Source: Nemertoderma westbladi
Lineage: Eukaryota; Animalia; Xenacoelomorpha
Length of the DNA stretch: 64,000 nucleotides
Direction: 5' to 3'
NCBI GenBank assembly: GCA_032718475.1
Contig: JAUCBJ010008787.1
Location: 34,030-98,029, forward strand
Positions 48,201 to 63,125 of the stretch are shown here, piece after piece. The notes under the pieces are model-generated. The model was not told the origin of the DNA, made no database searches, and saw nothing but the letters and a program-made list of their open reading frames with translations. Each line of letters starts with the position of its first letter. The first letter of the stretch is position 1. The translations under genes were made by a program, and so were the position numbers.

Positions 48201-51200
48201 AGAACAACAACAATTTATGACAACAACAACAAGTATCAATAAATAGAACAGAACAACAACAATTTAGGACAACAACAACAAGTATCTATAAATAGAATAG
48301 AACAACAACAATTTATGACAACAACAACAAGTATCAATAAATATAATAGAACAACAACAATTTAGGACAACAACAAGAAGTATCAATAAATAGAACAGAA
48401 CAACAACTATTTAGGACAACAACAACAAGTATCAATAAATATAATATAACAACAACAATTTAGGACAACAACAACAAGTATCAATAAATATAATATAACA
48501 ACAACAATTTAGGACAACAACAACAAGTATCAATAAATAGAATAGAACAACAACAATTTATGACAACAACAACAAGTATCAATAAATAGAACAGAACAAC
48601 AACTATTTAGGACAACAACAACAAGTATCAATAAATAGAACAGAACAACAACAATTTAGGACAACAACAACAAGTATCTATAAATAGAATAGAACAACAA
48701 CAATTTAGGACAACAACAACAAGTATCAATAAATATAATATAACAACAACAATTTAGGACAACAACAACAAGTATCAATAAATATAATATAACAACAACA
48801 ATTTAGGACAACAACAACAAGTATCAATAAATAGAATAGAACAACAACAATTTATGACAACAACAACAAGTATCAATAAATAGAACAGAACAACAACAAT
48901 TTAGGACAACAACAACAAGTATCAATAAATAGAACAGAACAACAACAATTTATGACAACAACAACAAGTATCAATAAATAGACCAGAACAACAATAATTT
49001 AGGACAACAACAACAAGTATCAATAAATAGAACAGAACAACAACAATTTAGGACAACAACAACAAGTATCTATAAATAGAATAGAACAACAACAATTTAG
49101 GACAACAACAACAAGTATCAATAAATATAATAGAACAACAACTATTTAGGACAACAACAACAAGTATCAATAAATATAATAGAACAACAACAATTTATGA
49201 CAACAACAACAAGTATCTATAAATAGAATAGAACAACAACTATTTAGGACAACAACAACAAGTATCAATAAATAGACCAGAACAACAATAATTTAGGACA
49301 ACAACAACAAGTATCAATAAATAGAACAGAACAACAACAATTTAGGACAACAACAACAAGTATCTATAAATAGAATAGAACAACAACAATTTAGGACAAC
49401 AACAACAAGTATCAATAAATATAATATAACAACAACAATTTAGGACAACAACAACAAGTATCAATAAATATAATATAACAACAACAATTTAGGACAACAA
49501 CAACAAGTATCAATAAATAGAATAGAACAACAACAATTTATGACAACAACAACAAGTATCAATAAATAGAACAGAACAACAACAATTTAGGACAACAACA
49601 ACAAGTATCAATAAATAGAACAGAACAACAACAATTTATGACAACAACAACAAGTATCAATAAATAGACCAGAACAACAATAATTTAGGACAACAACAAC
49701 AAGTATCAATAAATATAACAGAACAACAACAATTTAGGACAACAACAACAAGTATCTATAAATAGAATAGAACAACAACAATTTAGGACAACAATAACAA
49801 GTATCAATAAATAGAACAGAACAACAACAATTTATGACAACAACAACAAGTATCAATAAATAGACCAGAACAACAATAATTTAGGACAACAATAACAAGT
49901 ATCAATAAATAGAACAGAACAACAACAATTTATGACAACAACAACAAGTATCAATAAATAGACCAGAACAACAATAATTTAGGACAACAACAACAAGTAT
50001 CAATAAATATAACAGAACAACAACAATTTAGGACAACAACAACAAGTATCTATAAATAGAATAGAACAACAACAATTTAGGACAACAACAACAAGTATCA
50101 ATAAATAGAATAGAACAACAACTATTTAGGACAACAACAACAAGTATCAATAAATAGAACAGAACAACAACAATTTAGGACAACAACAACAAGTATCTAT
50201 AAATAGAATAGAACAACAACAATTTAGGACAACAACAACAAGTATCAATAAATAGAATAGAACAACAACTATTTAGGACAACAACAACAAGTATCAATAA
50301 ATAGAACAGAACAACAACAATTTATGACAACAACAACAAGTATCAATAAATAGAACAGAACAACAACAATTTAGGACAACAACAACAAGTATATATAAAT
50401 AGAATAGAACAACAACAATTTATGACAACAACAACAAGTATCAATAAATAGACCAGAACAACAATAATTTAGGACAACAACAACAAGTATCAATAAATAG
50501 AACAGAACAACAACAATTTAGGACAACAACAACAAGTATCTATAAATAGAATAGAACAACAACTATTTAGGACAACAACAACAAGTATCAATAAATAGAA
50601 TAGAACAACAACTATTTAGGACAACAACAACAAGTATCAATAAATAGAACATAACAACAACAATTTATGACAACAACAACAAGTATCATTAAATATAATA
50701 GAACAACAACAATTTAGGACAACAACAAGAAGTATCAATAAATAGAACAGAACAACAACAATTTATGACAACAACAACAAGTATCAATAAATAGACCAGA
50801 ACAACAATAATTTAGGACAACAACAACAAGTATCAATAAATAGAACAGAACAACAACAATTTATGACAACAACAACAAGTATCAATAAATAGACCAGAAC
50901 AACAATAATTTAGGACAACAACAAGAAGTATCAATAAATAGAACAGAACAACAACAATTTAGGACAACAACAACAAGTATCAATAAATAGACCAGAACAA
51001 CAATAATTTAGGACAACAACAAGAAGTATCAATAAATAGAACAGAACAACAACAATTTATGACAACAACAACAAGTATCAATAAATAGACCAGAACAACA
51101 ATAATTTAGGACAACAACAAGAAGTATCAATAAATAGAACAGAACAACAACAATTTAGGACAACAACAACAAGTATCAATAAATAGACCAGAACAACAAT

Positions 51201-54200
51201 AATTTAGGACAACAACAAGAAGTATCAATAAATAGAACAGAACAACAACAATTTATGACAACAACAACAAGTATCAATAAATAGACCAGAACAACAATAA
51301 TTTAGGACAACAACAACAAGTATCAATAAATAGAACAGAACAACAACAATTTAGGACAACAACAACAAGTATCTATAAATAGAATAGAACAACAACAATT
51401 TAGGACAACAACAACAAGTATCAATAAATAGAATAGAACAACAACTATTTAGGACAACAACAACAAGTATCAATAAATAGAACAGAACAACAACAATTTA
51501 TGACAACAACAACAAGTATCAATAAATAGAACAGAACAACAACAATTTAGGACAACAACAACAAGTATCTATAAATAGAATAGAACAACAACAATTTATG
51601 ACAACAACAACAAGTATCAATAAATATAATAGAACAACAACAATTTAGGACAACAACAAGAAGTATCAATAAATAGAACAGAACAACAACTATTTAGGAC
51701 AACAACAACAAGTATCAATAAATATAATATAACAACAACAATTTAGGACAACAACAACAAGTATCAATAAATATAATATAACAACAACAATTTAGGACAA
51801 CAACAACAAGTATCAATAAATAGAATAGAACAACAACAATTTATGACAACAACAACAAGTATCAATAAATAGAACAGAACAACAACTATTTAGGACAACA
51901 ACAACAAGTATCAATAAATAGAACAGAACAACAACAATTTAGGACAACAACAACAAGTATCTATAAATAGAATAGAACAACAACAATTTAGGACAACAAC
52001 AACAAGTATCAATAAATATAATATAACAACAACAATTTAGGACAACAACAACAAGTATCAATAAATATAATATAACAACAACAATTTAGGACAACAACAA
52101 CAAGTATCAATAAATAGAATAGAACAACAACAATTTATGACAACAACAACAAGTATCAATAAATAGAACAGAACAACAACAATTTAGGACAACAACAACA
52201 AGTATCAATAAATAGAACAGAACAACAACAATTTATGACAACAACAACAAGTATCAATAAATAGACCAGAACAACAATAATTTAGGACAACAACAACAAG
52301 TATCAATAAATAGAACAGAACAACAACAATTTAGGACAACAACAACAAGTATCTATAAATAGAATAGAACAACAACAATTTAGGACAACAACAACAAGTA
52401 TCAATAAATATAATAGAACAACAACTATTTAGGACAACAACAACAAGTATCAATAAATATAATAGAACAACAACAATTTATGACAACAACAACAAGTATC
52501 TATAAATAGAACAGAACAACAACTATTTAGGACAACAACAACAAGTATCAATAAATAGACCAGAACAACAATAATTTAGGACAACAACAACAAGTATCAA
52601 TAAATAGAACAGAACAACAACAATTTAGGACAACAACAACAAGTATCTATAAATAGAATAGAACAACAACAATTTAGGACAACAACAACAAGTATCAATA
52701 AATATAATATAACAACAACAATTTAGGACAACAACAACAAGTATCAATAAATATAATATAACAACAACAATTTAGGACAACAACAACAAGTATCAATAAA
52801 TAGAATAGAACAACAACAATTTATGACAACAACAACAAGTATCAATAAATAGAACAGAACAACAACAATTTAGGACAACAACAACAAGTATCAATAAATA
52901 GAACAGAACAACAACAATTTATGACAACAACAACAAGTATCAATAAATAGACCAGAACAACAATAATTTAGGACAACAACAACAAGTATCAATAAATATA
53001 ACAGAACAACAACAATTTAGGACAACAACAACAAGTATCTATAAATAGAATAGAACAACAACAATTTAGGACAACAATAACAAGTATCAATAAATAGAAC
53101 AGAACAACAACAATTTATGACAACAACAACAAGTATCAATAAATAGACCAGAACAACAATAATTTAGGACAACAATAACAAGTATCAATAAATAGAACAG
53201 AACAACAACAATTTATGACAACAACAACAAGTATCAATAAATAGACCAGAACAACAATAATTTAGGACAACAACAACAAGTATCAATAAATATAACAGAA
53301 CAACAACAATTTAGGACAACAACAACAAGTATCTATAAATAGAATAGAACAACAACAATTTAGGACAACAACAACAAGTATCAATAAATAGAATAGAACA
53401 ACAACTATTTAGGACAACAACAACAAGTATCAATAAATAGAACAGAACAACAACAATTTAGGACAACAACAACAAGTATCTATAAATAGAATAGAACAAC
53501 AACAATTTAGGACAACAACAACAAGTATCAATAAATAGAATAGAACAACAACTATTTAGGACAACAACAACAAGTATCAATAAATAGAACAGAACAACAA
53601 CAATTTATGACAACAACAACAAGTATCAATAAATAGAACAGAACAACAACAATTTAGGACAACAACAACAAGTATATATAAATAGAATAGAACAACAACA
53701 ATTTATGACAACAACAACAAGTATCAATAAATAGACCAGAACAACAATAATTTAGGACAACAACAACAAGTATCAATAAATAGAACAGAACAACAACAAT
53801 TTAGGACAACAACAACAAGTATCTATAAATAGAATAGAACAACAACTATTTAGGACAACAACAACAAGTATCAATAAATAGAATAGAACAACAACTATTT
53901 AGGACAACAACAACAAGTATCAATAAATAGAACAGAACAACAACAATTTATGACAACAACAACAAGTATCATTAAATATAATAGAACAACAACAATTTAG
54001 GACAACAACAAGAAGTATCAATAAATAGAACAGAACAACAACAATTTATGACAACAACAACAAGTATCAATAAATAGACCAGAACAACAATAATTTAGGA
54101 CAACAACAACAAGTATCAATAAATAGAACAGAACAACAACAATTTATGACAACAACAACAAGTATCAATAAATAGACCAGAACAACAATAATTTAGGACA

Positions 54201-55558
54201 ACAACAAGAAGTATCAATAAATAGAACAGAACAACAACAATTTAGGACAACAACAACAAGTATCAATAAATAGACCAGAACAACAATAATTTAGGACAAC
54301 AACAAGAAGTATCAATAAATAGAACAGAACAACAACAATTTATGACAACAACAACAAGTATCAATAAATAGACCAGAACAACAATAATTTAGGACAACAA
54401 CAACAAGTATCAATAAATAGAACAGAACAACAACAATTTAGGACAACAACAACAAGTATCTATAAATAGAATAGAACAACAACAATTTAGGACAACAACA
54501 ACAAGTATCAATAAATAGAATAGAACAACAACTATTTAGGACAACAACAACAAGTATCAATAAATAGAACAGAACAACAACAATTTAGGACAACAACAAC
54601 AAGTATCAATAAATAGAATAGAACAACAACTATTTAGGACAACAACAACAAGTATCAATAAATAGACCAGAACAACAATAATTTAGGACAACAACAAGAA
54701 GTATCAATAAATAGAACAGAACAACAACAATTTATGACAACAACAACAAGTATCAATAAATAGACCAGAACAACAATAATTTAGGACAACAACAAGAAGT
54801 ATCAATAAATAGAACAGAACAACAACAATTTATGACAACAACAACAAGTATCAATAAATAGACCAGAACAACAATAATTTAGGACAACAACAACAAGTAT
54901 CAATAAATAGAACAGAACAACAACAATTTAGGACAACAACAACAAGTATCTATAAATAGAATAGAACAACAACAATTTAGGACAACAACAACAAGTATCA
55001 ATAAATAGAATAGAACAACAACTATTTAGGACAACAACAACAAGTATCAATAAATAGAACAGAACAACAACAATTTATGACAACAACAACAAGTATCAAT
55101 AAATATAATAGAACAACAACAATTTAGGACAACAACAAGAAGTATCAATAAATAGAACAGAACAACAACTATTTAGGACAACAACAGCAAGTATCAATAA
55201 ATAGAACAGAACAACAACTATTTAGGACAACAACAACAAGTATCAATAAATATAATAGAACAACAACAATTTAGGACAACAACAAGAAGTATCAATAAAT
55301 AGAACAGAACAACAACTATTTAGGACAACAACAACAAGTATCAATAAATATAATAGAACAACAACAATTTAGGACAACAACAAGAAGTATCAATAAATAG
55401 AACAGAACAACAACTATTTAGGACAACAACAACAAGCATGAATAAATAGAACAGAACAACAACAATTTATGACAACAACAACAAGTATGAATAAATAGAA
55501 CAGAACAACAACAATTTATGACAACAACAACAAGTATCAATAAATAGACCAGAACAAC
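45247..55558. repeat. 49-bp satellite, about 210 copies
   Basis: Consensus GTATCAATAAATAGAACAGAACAACAACAATTTAGGACAACAACAACAA. Period checked at 45296 and 45345. Confidence 0.98.
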
Positions 55559-57393
55559 GGTACTTCTCCAGTATGCGTACACCCCCCACCAAATTTTTTG
55601 TACTAGCTAGTTTTTGATAATTTCTTTTTTTGAAATGTACCAAAACATGTTAGCTATTTTATTTTTTAAAAATAATGTTCTAGAACGAATATTTTTTGTT
55701 CTAGAACATGTTTTAGACAAAAGCCGGCTTTGTTCTTAAAATGCATGGGATGGTTGGTGTAAAATAAATAAAATATATTTTTTTAATATTTTTGAAATTT
55801 TTCAATAAAATTATTGTGGTACCGGTAGCTAATAAATTTTAATTTATTAACAAATAGATTTCAATAGAAATATTGTATCGTATATTATTCAGTAATTACA
55901 AGTAATTTGATTAAACACATTATTATTTAATATCCCTATTGTAAAGTTCTAGCATTTCTAATGCTCAGCAATCAACTTCAGTAAGTCTTTCATTGGCGTC
56001 TCTTGATGCAGTTGACGCCACCGAAACTCGGCAAGGTGTTGCTGGAGGGTGGTTTTCTTTGGCCCGTATTTCTTCTTCATGACGTTTAGCTTTGCGTGAC
56101 ACCACATTACTTCAATCCTTTGTGTGTTAGCACCCGTGTTTCGATCTACGAAGCGTCCCCTTCCCTGCAAATGATATGGCACACCCTTCCGTTTTTAGTA
56201 ATTCCGTTATTTCAAACATATTGAAATCGTGCTCATGAGGTCTACCCAGTTTATGATAGTCTCTATTATTGGACTTCTGTTTGTTATTGACATAACTGCG
56301 ATAAATACTAAAAAACTACTGTAGATAATACTCTTATACTGTATATAGCGAATTGAAAATGAATAAGTTTCAATGTTCTAGAATAATGTTGCCAGAGTAT
56401 CATTAAAAAGCTTAAATACTGTTGATATAACGAACTCATAAGATCTTTATAAGATAGACACAAGGCGAAACAACTCGACTTTAAGTATTATTCAAGTATA
56501 ATAACTGTAATACAGTAATTATAAAGCACAAACAGCTGTCTGGCCGTATGCAGTATTGCTTATCGCAGTACCGGTACGCGGTGCTGCGGTTGCAGTACTC
56601 AATCCAGTAAAGTACTGAAGTACAGTACTACCGGTAACATCAGTCCTGAAATCCCAGCGACAGTAATTTCCCCCCCACCCTCTATCTGAGTCTATGACTA
56701 TTATATTATATTATATCTCCCATACTGAACGGAGAAAAAACCTATACAATTGGAATATTTACGGCACAAATAAAAATACAGGAATTAGGTGAAGTTAAAT
56801 GGAGTTTCACAGTTGTTGACTATATTGTAGGAGGTATGGAAATAATAATTGGTTGGGATGTCATAAAAAAGATAAGTTGTATCCAAATATGTCGCGGTCA
56901 TGGGGATGAGTGCAACACAGAATTGTCGCCTAGGCAACAGACAATACAATGTGTAGCGGCTGCGATTGAAGAACGTAAATTATTAATAATCGATAAAGAT
57001 GATTTTTCAGCATGGTTTAATGGAAGTTACTGGACCGTTGAGTATAAATTTAAGAATGGTAAAGGTCCTGAAGTGCTACACAATACCGTACATGAGTATC
57101 ATTTATCTACAAAAAATAGACAAAAATACAGAGAGGCGGTGCAGGAATGGATCGACAACAGTAATTTCCCCCCCACCCTCTGTCTGAGTCTATGACTATT
57201 ATATTATATTATAATCTTAATACAAACTTTTTTTTAATATGTTCCAGAATAAAAAATATTTGTTCTAGAACATGATTTTTTATAAACAAATAGCTAATAA
57301 GTTTGAGTGAGAACATATCAAAAAAAGAAATTATCAAAAACTAGCTAGTACAAAAAATTTGGTGGGGGGTGTACGCATACTGGACCCAGTACC
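55559..57393 (-). mobile_element. Deleted Merlin (IS1016/IS1595-like) DNA transposon
   Basis: GGTACT...AGTACC termini with long TIRs, 9-bp TSD CAGAACAAC (55550-55558 and 57394-57402), transposase remnant FVDRNTGANTQRIEVMW (55958-56182). Confidence 0.9.
56657..57212 (+). pseudogene. LTR-retrotransposon protease-RT linker fragment between ~57-bp direct repeats
   Basis: IIIGWDVI...DDFSAWFNGSYWTV...EAVQEWIDN, flanked by ACAGTAATTTCCCCCCCACCCTCT.TCTGAGTCTATGACTATTATATTATATTATA x2. Confidence 0.5.
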
Positions 57394-57592
57394 CAGAACA
57401 ACAACAGTTTAGAACAACTAACAGTCAACAACAACAAGACCGACAAGGAAGAACTAATAGTAGTATATGAACAACTAATAGTAGTACAGTAGTAACTAAT
57501 AGTAGTATAAAAATTAACATTTTAGGCCATATTATAGAACCAATAATTCATCAGTCTGGGCGGGAGGGTGCCCTGAAGATAATAGCTAAAAA

Positions 57593-58862
57593 CTCCGTAA
57601 AAGTTCTGCCCGTCTCCCCATTTTAATTTTATACCAAAATGTACAGGTTTGCTAGCTGTTACCTTTTAGTGTCTTGTAATATTTTTGTTCTAGAACAATT
57701 TTTGTTGTTCTAGAATACATTTTTTATTTTTTATACTACAGTAGCTAGTTTTTTCAAGAAAACACGTATTTAATAATCAACAGGGTTGGTTGCTTTTATT
57801 TATTTTATTATCTCCATGAATGGATTTCTTCCCTGTAATACCGCCGCCCCCTGTATACAGTATACCGTTACGCCATGTAATACCGGTATTTGGTTTTCTT
57901 TTATTCTTTTCAATTTCAGTTATTGTTTAGTGACAGTTTTTTTAATTTGCAAGTAACAAAATAGGGTATTCTAGAATGTCATGTTTCATTAGATACTTCA
58001 TCTTTTATTTTTTGAAAGAAATAAAAGTGCGCTTAAAAATAGCTAGTATTATTTTTTTTAAAACACTAGCTAGACAAAAAATACTAGCTACCATAAAAAA
58101 TAAATATATTTTTTTGCCGCGGGATATGTTCTAGAACATTTTAATATATGTAAAAAACGGTACTTCTGCAGTATACCCCCACACCCCGCCATTTTTTGAC
58201 TAGTCATGATATCCCTTCCATTTTATGTGTATATTGTTTCCCAACATGTGTTCTTTAAATTTATTTTTAAAAAACGTGTTCTCGAATAATATTCGAAATA
58301 TATTTAAGACCAGGACCGTTTGTCCTCGTCTTAAAATTATAAAAGAAAATATACATTTTTATTATACTCATTCAGAACACTATCGTTGCTTATCGTGTTT
58401 AATAATAGTATTTTCTTGATCTTTTCCAGAGCATCCCAAAAAATGTTAATAAATAATATTATAAATTATATATGTATTATATACATATACTATACTATAT
58501 TCATATACTATGAATATATACTGTGTTCTAGAAGTCCTTGGATGAACATAACGGGCATCACTATGTTATGGGTACCTAATTTTTGATCAATTTGTTGACC
58601 ATGTTAATGGCTATTGTCATTAGGTCTTTTCTTTTAGAACGTAAATTTCACCTTCTGGGAGAAGGTAGCTATTATATTTTATTATGGTAGCTAGTGGTCT
58701 TAAAATTATAAAAGAAAATTTACTTAAAATTACTTAGTAAAGGAACGTGATAAAACATATATCAAGGTGTGGGGGTATACTGCAGAAGTACCTAAAAAAC
58801 TGCTTAAAAATAGCTAGTAAAACAATCTGAATATGGGGCGGACGGGCGGAACTGTTGCCGAG
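57593..58862. mobile_element. Older TIR element hosting the Merlin MITE
   Basis: CTCCGTAAAAGTTCTGCCCGTCTCCCCAT matches the reverse complement of ATGGGGCGGACGGGCGGAACTGTTGCCGAG imperfectly. No TSD was found. Confidence 0.4.
58159..58792. mobile_element. Merlin-type MITE
   Basis: TIR GGTACTTCTGCAGTATACCCCCACACC, related to the TIR at 55559. Perfect 8-bp TSD TAAAAAAC. Confidence 0.88.
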
Positions 58863-59196
58863 ATGGTATTAACATCTATGGTACTGTATGTATGGTGGTT
58901 GGTTATTTAGAATTTTTTATTATTTATCAATGAGTGACTAAGTTATTAGCGTCCGCAAAATATTAAATTACCGACAAAGTCAACCAGGACGGTTCCCTAG
59001 TAGCCTATACGTTACGGCTTACTAGTTCTTAGTCGTGACCCAGAAGTGGTTAACAAAATGTTACTCACAATGAGGGGACCTATATAATGACCCTCAACCA
59101 GGTGCTCCAACAATTGTTGCTCGAGTGATGTCAGACTAACTAAAGTAATTGTTCGTTTTATTGATTAAGGCTCAATACGAATGATGTGCGCTCTGT

Positions 59197-60460
59197 GGGG
59201 CGAGCCACGAAGTTGGCGGAGCCTTAGCGAATTGACACTGTTAGGGGGTGGGTCAATTTATGCAAATAGTTGTCGTCGTCGTCGTCGTCGTCGTTGTCGT
59301 CGTCGTCGTCGTCGTCGTTGTCGTCGTCGTTACGATTTTGACATGCTAATAACTTTGTCGGATTTAAAGCTGCCAAGTTGAAAATTTGTAGGTATCAATA
59401 TGAGCAAAAGTTGAGATTTTTGAGAGACTTTCAGACACCATCAGTGCAATGGTCTCCCGCTAGAGGGCCACATGTCTAAACATTAAATGGCCACCCATTT
59501 CTTTGCTTTTAATCCGTTTAAGCTGAAACTTGGGAAGTATGTACTAGACCATTAGCTGTAAATTTCAAAGGAGGCTAATCTGTCTGCAGTTCTCCAGTCT
59601 GCCGCTAGAGGGCGAAATGTCCCGAATGTGAAATTATTCTTCCATTTAGTTGTTTATGATCTGATTACGCTGAAACTTGTCATATATGTACTAGATGACA
59701 TCCTGAGTCTTTGTGCGGATTGTAATCGGTCCGAAGTTTTCCAGTCTCCCGCTAGAGGGCCACATGTCTAAACATTAAATGGCCACCCATTTCTTTGCTT
59801 TTAATCCGTTTAAGCTGAAACTTGGGAAGTATGTACTAGACCATTAGCTGTAAATTTCAAAGGAGGCTAATCTGTCTGCAGTTCTCCAGTCTGCCGCTAG
59901 AGGGCGAAATGTCCCGAATGTGAAATTATTCTTCCATTTAGTTGTTTATGATCTGATTACGCTGAAACTTGTCATATATGTACTAGAAGACATCCTAAGT
60001 CTTTGTGTGGACAGTAATCGGTCCGGAGTTTTCGAGTCTGCCGCTAGAGGGCGAAATGTAGGAAAGTGATAACCTTCGCGAATTCCTTGATCTTAATCTA
60101 TTTAAGCTGAATTTTGGAATATACAGTACCGGTATGTACTAGACCACATGCCTCGTCTTTGTGAGGAAGGTGATCGATCCGTAGTTCTTTAATATGCCGC
60201 TAGAGGGCTAAATGTATGAAAGTGAAAACCTTCCAACATTTCGTTATTTATGATCCGTCAATCGGAAACTTGGTAGATATGTAATAGACCATAGGCTGTG
60301 GCTTTGTAGGGAAACTAATCCTTCCTTCTTCAGTTACCCAGTCTCCCGCTAGAGGGTTAACGTTTTCCGGGAAAATCTTCTCCTATGTTTTTATAATCCT
60401 TTCGAGTTGATACTTAGCATTAACTCATTTCACGTGCTGCGCGAAGGCCCCACTTCGTGT
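59197..60460 (+). mobile_element. HINE/DINE-1-like element with a (GTC)n microsatellite and ~147-bp internal tandem repeats
   Basis: 5' GGGGCGAGCCACGAAG, (GTC)n at 59272-59330, seven CCGCTAGAGGG-containing units, 3' CCCCACTTCGTGT hairpin end, T|T junction and no TSD. Confidence 0.7.
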
Positions 60461-62609
60461 TTAGCTACTGTATGCAATGTATATTTTGGCTAATGTTACT
60501 ATAGCATCAAGTTTTCCATAATATAATGAATAATTTAATACACAATACTTTTGTTACATTATGTCAATGACTTCTAGAACACAGTGTTTATTCGAAACAA
60601 TATAAGACGAATACTATGAATGGCCTGTGACCCCACTTTTTGATGAAAAAAACTAACTAGGTAGTCTATGTAGATAGAGTCTAACTAAACTGAAAAAAAC
60701 TAACTAGATAGAACGATCTATTGCGATGTTCCAGAATGTTATTTGACAGTTGCCATGGTTACCATTTTGGAGAAAAAAGGCGTTTTAAGAATGTTAGTTT
60801 TGAAAATTTATGTACAATAAAATTGCTGGATGGTCCGGCTGCCACTGGAGAGCCAAAGGCTCGACAGAGTCTTATGAGGAATAAATAATGCAGCCTTTTT
60901 AATGGAACTTAGCAAACCAACATAAACACCAAAGTAAAACCTCATAAGATAGCATTATATCGAACCCCTTGTCAAGTAGGCACTTTGCTTTGATCTTTTT
61001 TAGGTCGATTTTTAAAGGATTTTTCCAGGAGAATGGCGAAAGCTAGAACGATTCTGTTTGCGCGATCTTATAGATGTCCCGAGCGCGCACAGCAGAGAAA
61101 TTTTTGGCAAAAATCTGTTAATTAATTAATTAGTAATTAGCGATTAAAGATTTCTAATTGATTTTTCTCGAAAAGTATTTGGTTTTTCACCTAGCAACGG
61201 TGTTTTTTTTTGTTCATCTCGGTAAGATCTAAAAAAAGTTCAGTCATCGCTATGGCCCTCCCATTACTGTTAATTAGTACTAATTAGCCGAAAACTAATT
61301 AGCGTCGTAACTCGAAAACACTAAGAGCTATGAAAAAACGTAACATCACAAAGTTGTTCGGAATTTTATTCTACACAAAAAAGTCTCTGGCGCCGATGCC
61401 GTATCTCCTACCGTTAATTAGTAATTAACTAATTACTTAATTACCTAATTGGCGGGGGGGCTTTGTCCCCCCCGCCCCCAAATCCTTATTCACAAGGTGT
61501 ATCAAAGCGGTTTACTATTTTACAAATGATAATTATTCTAAAATCTTTTGAATCGAACTAATTAACGATTTTACTAATTAGTAAAGTTTCCCAAATTAAT
61601 TAATAATTTATCCAATCCGGCTGCAATTATTAATAAGCTGATTGATCAGCCTGGTTCAGCAAAAGTCAGCAGTTGTAGTATGCTCCAAAAACTGTGTTCA
61701 TACTACTGACCTATGCCGGTCTGCCGCTAGCTACTACCTAGCTCTGTGTGTATGTAGCTAATCATAGTCTGCAGTGCCGGTGTTCTCTGGGTCTGCTATC
61801 GGTACTGTCAGTCCGAGCTGTATGCACTGCTTGCCTAGAACAACCACATCCGGTACAGCCAGACAGCAGTACTGCGCCGCGGTACCGGGTACCTTTTGTC
61901 TGTTCTTAAGACATGTACAGATGTAAGGGGACGCTTTAGGCTTTCTGGCAGTTATTTAAAACGTTGTAGGCAGATGCCCAAGGTTGGCAATAATGTTCCC
62001 CATGTTCGGGCGCACTCTGAATGCCTAAATTACGGTTGTTTGGTGCAGTTAAAAGTTTCCCAACTTGTAGGCCTATGTAATTGCGTTATTTCAATACCTC
62101 ACCCAGGGCTATCTGACGGAATGGATTTTGACCATCAAGGTGGGTAGAGGCCATTGATGGGTATCTGATGCATGCAACAGAAAATTTCATCAGACCGAAA
62201 TCATGCAGTCAGGACATGATCATTACTGACCGTGTACCGGTAGGTGTCCTGCCTATAGGCAATAACATTTTTTGATATAATATTATGTGAATATGTTTTG
62301 GCCGGTAATCTGAAGCTGCAGTCTGGGTCTCAGGTCGAGACAAGACCGTGGTCACCATATCTGGCACCTGATTGGCTCTTACTTTCAAACGTCGAAAATG
62401 TGCCCAGGCCTTGATATTTTACGGTACAATTTTATGCGAAAATGTTTTGGACGGTACTCTGAAGCTCCAGTTTGGGTCCCAGGTCGCGACCATACTGTGG
62501 TCACCAGATACGGCCTCTGATTGGCTGATTCTTTGAACGTTAATAACTCGAGTTTTATTCACGGATGATGCCCCGACAGCCCGACTCACTGATGATGTTT
62601 CATAGCTGT

Positions 62610-63125
62610 GACGATGAGTTTAACTGGTGCATCGACTCTGCATACGAATTATCGAGCATGGCAATGAGTTTAACCACTGCGTCAACTCAGCGTACGAATT
62701 ATCCTCTGTGTCAATGAGTTTAAGCGCTGCATTGACGCTGCGTACGAATTATCCTCTGTGGAAATTAGTTTAACCGCTGCGTTGATGCCGTGTACAAATT
62801 ATCCTCCGTGTAAATGAGTTTAACCACTGCGACGACACCGCGTACAAACTATCCTCCGCGACAATGAGTTTAACCGCTGAGACGACGCCGCGTTTGAATT
62901 ATTGATCGTGGCAATGAGTTTAACCACTGCGACGACGCCGCATACGAATTATTGATCGTGGAAATGAGTTTAACCGCTGCGACGACGCCGCGTACTAATT
63001 ATTGATCGTGGAAATGAGTTTAACCACTGCATCGACTACACGACACGAACAAATTATTGATCGTGGAAATGAGTTTAACCACTGCATCGACTACACGACA
63101 CGTACAAATTATTGACTGCGCCTAC
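62610..63125. repeat. 50-bp minisatellite, about 10 copies
   Basis: AATGAGTTTAAC-like motif recurs at 62663, 62713, 62763, 62813, 62863, 62913, 62963 and 63013. Confidence 0.9.

Noticed and set aside
45247-55558. CRISPR-like array
   Set aside because: There are no unique spacers and the context is eukaryotic; it is a plain satellite. The same applies to 62610-63125.
62589-62610. CTGATGA as another hammerhead
   Set aside because: No stem II or GAAA follows.
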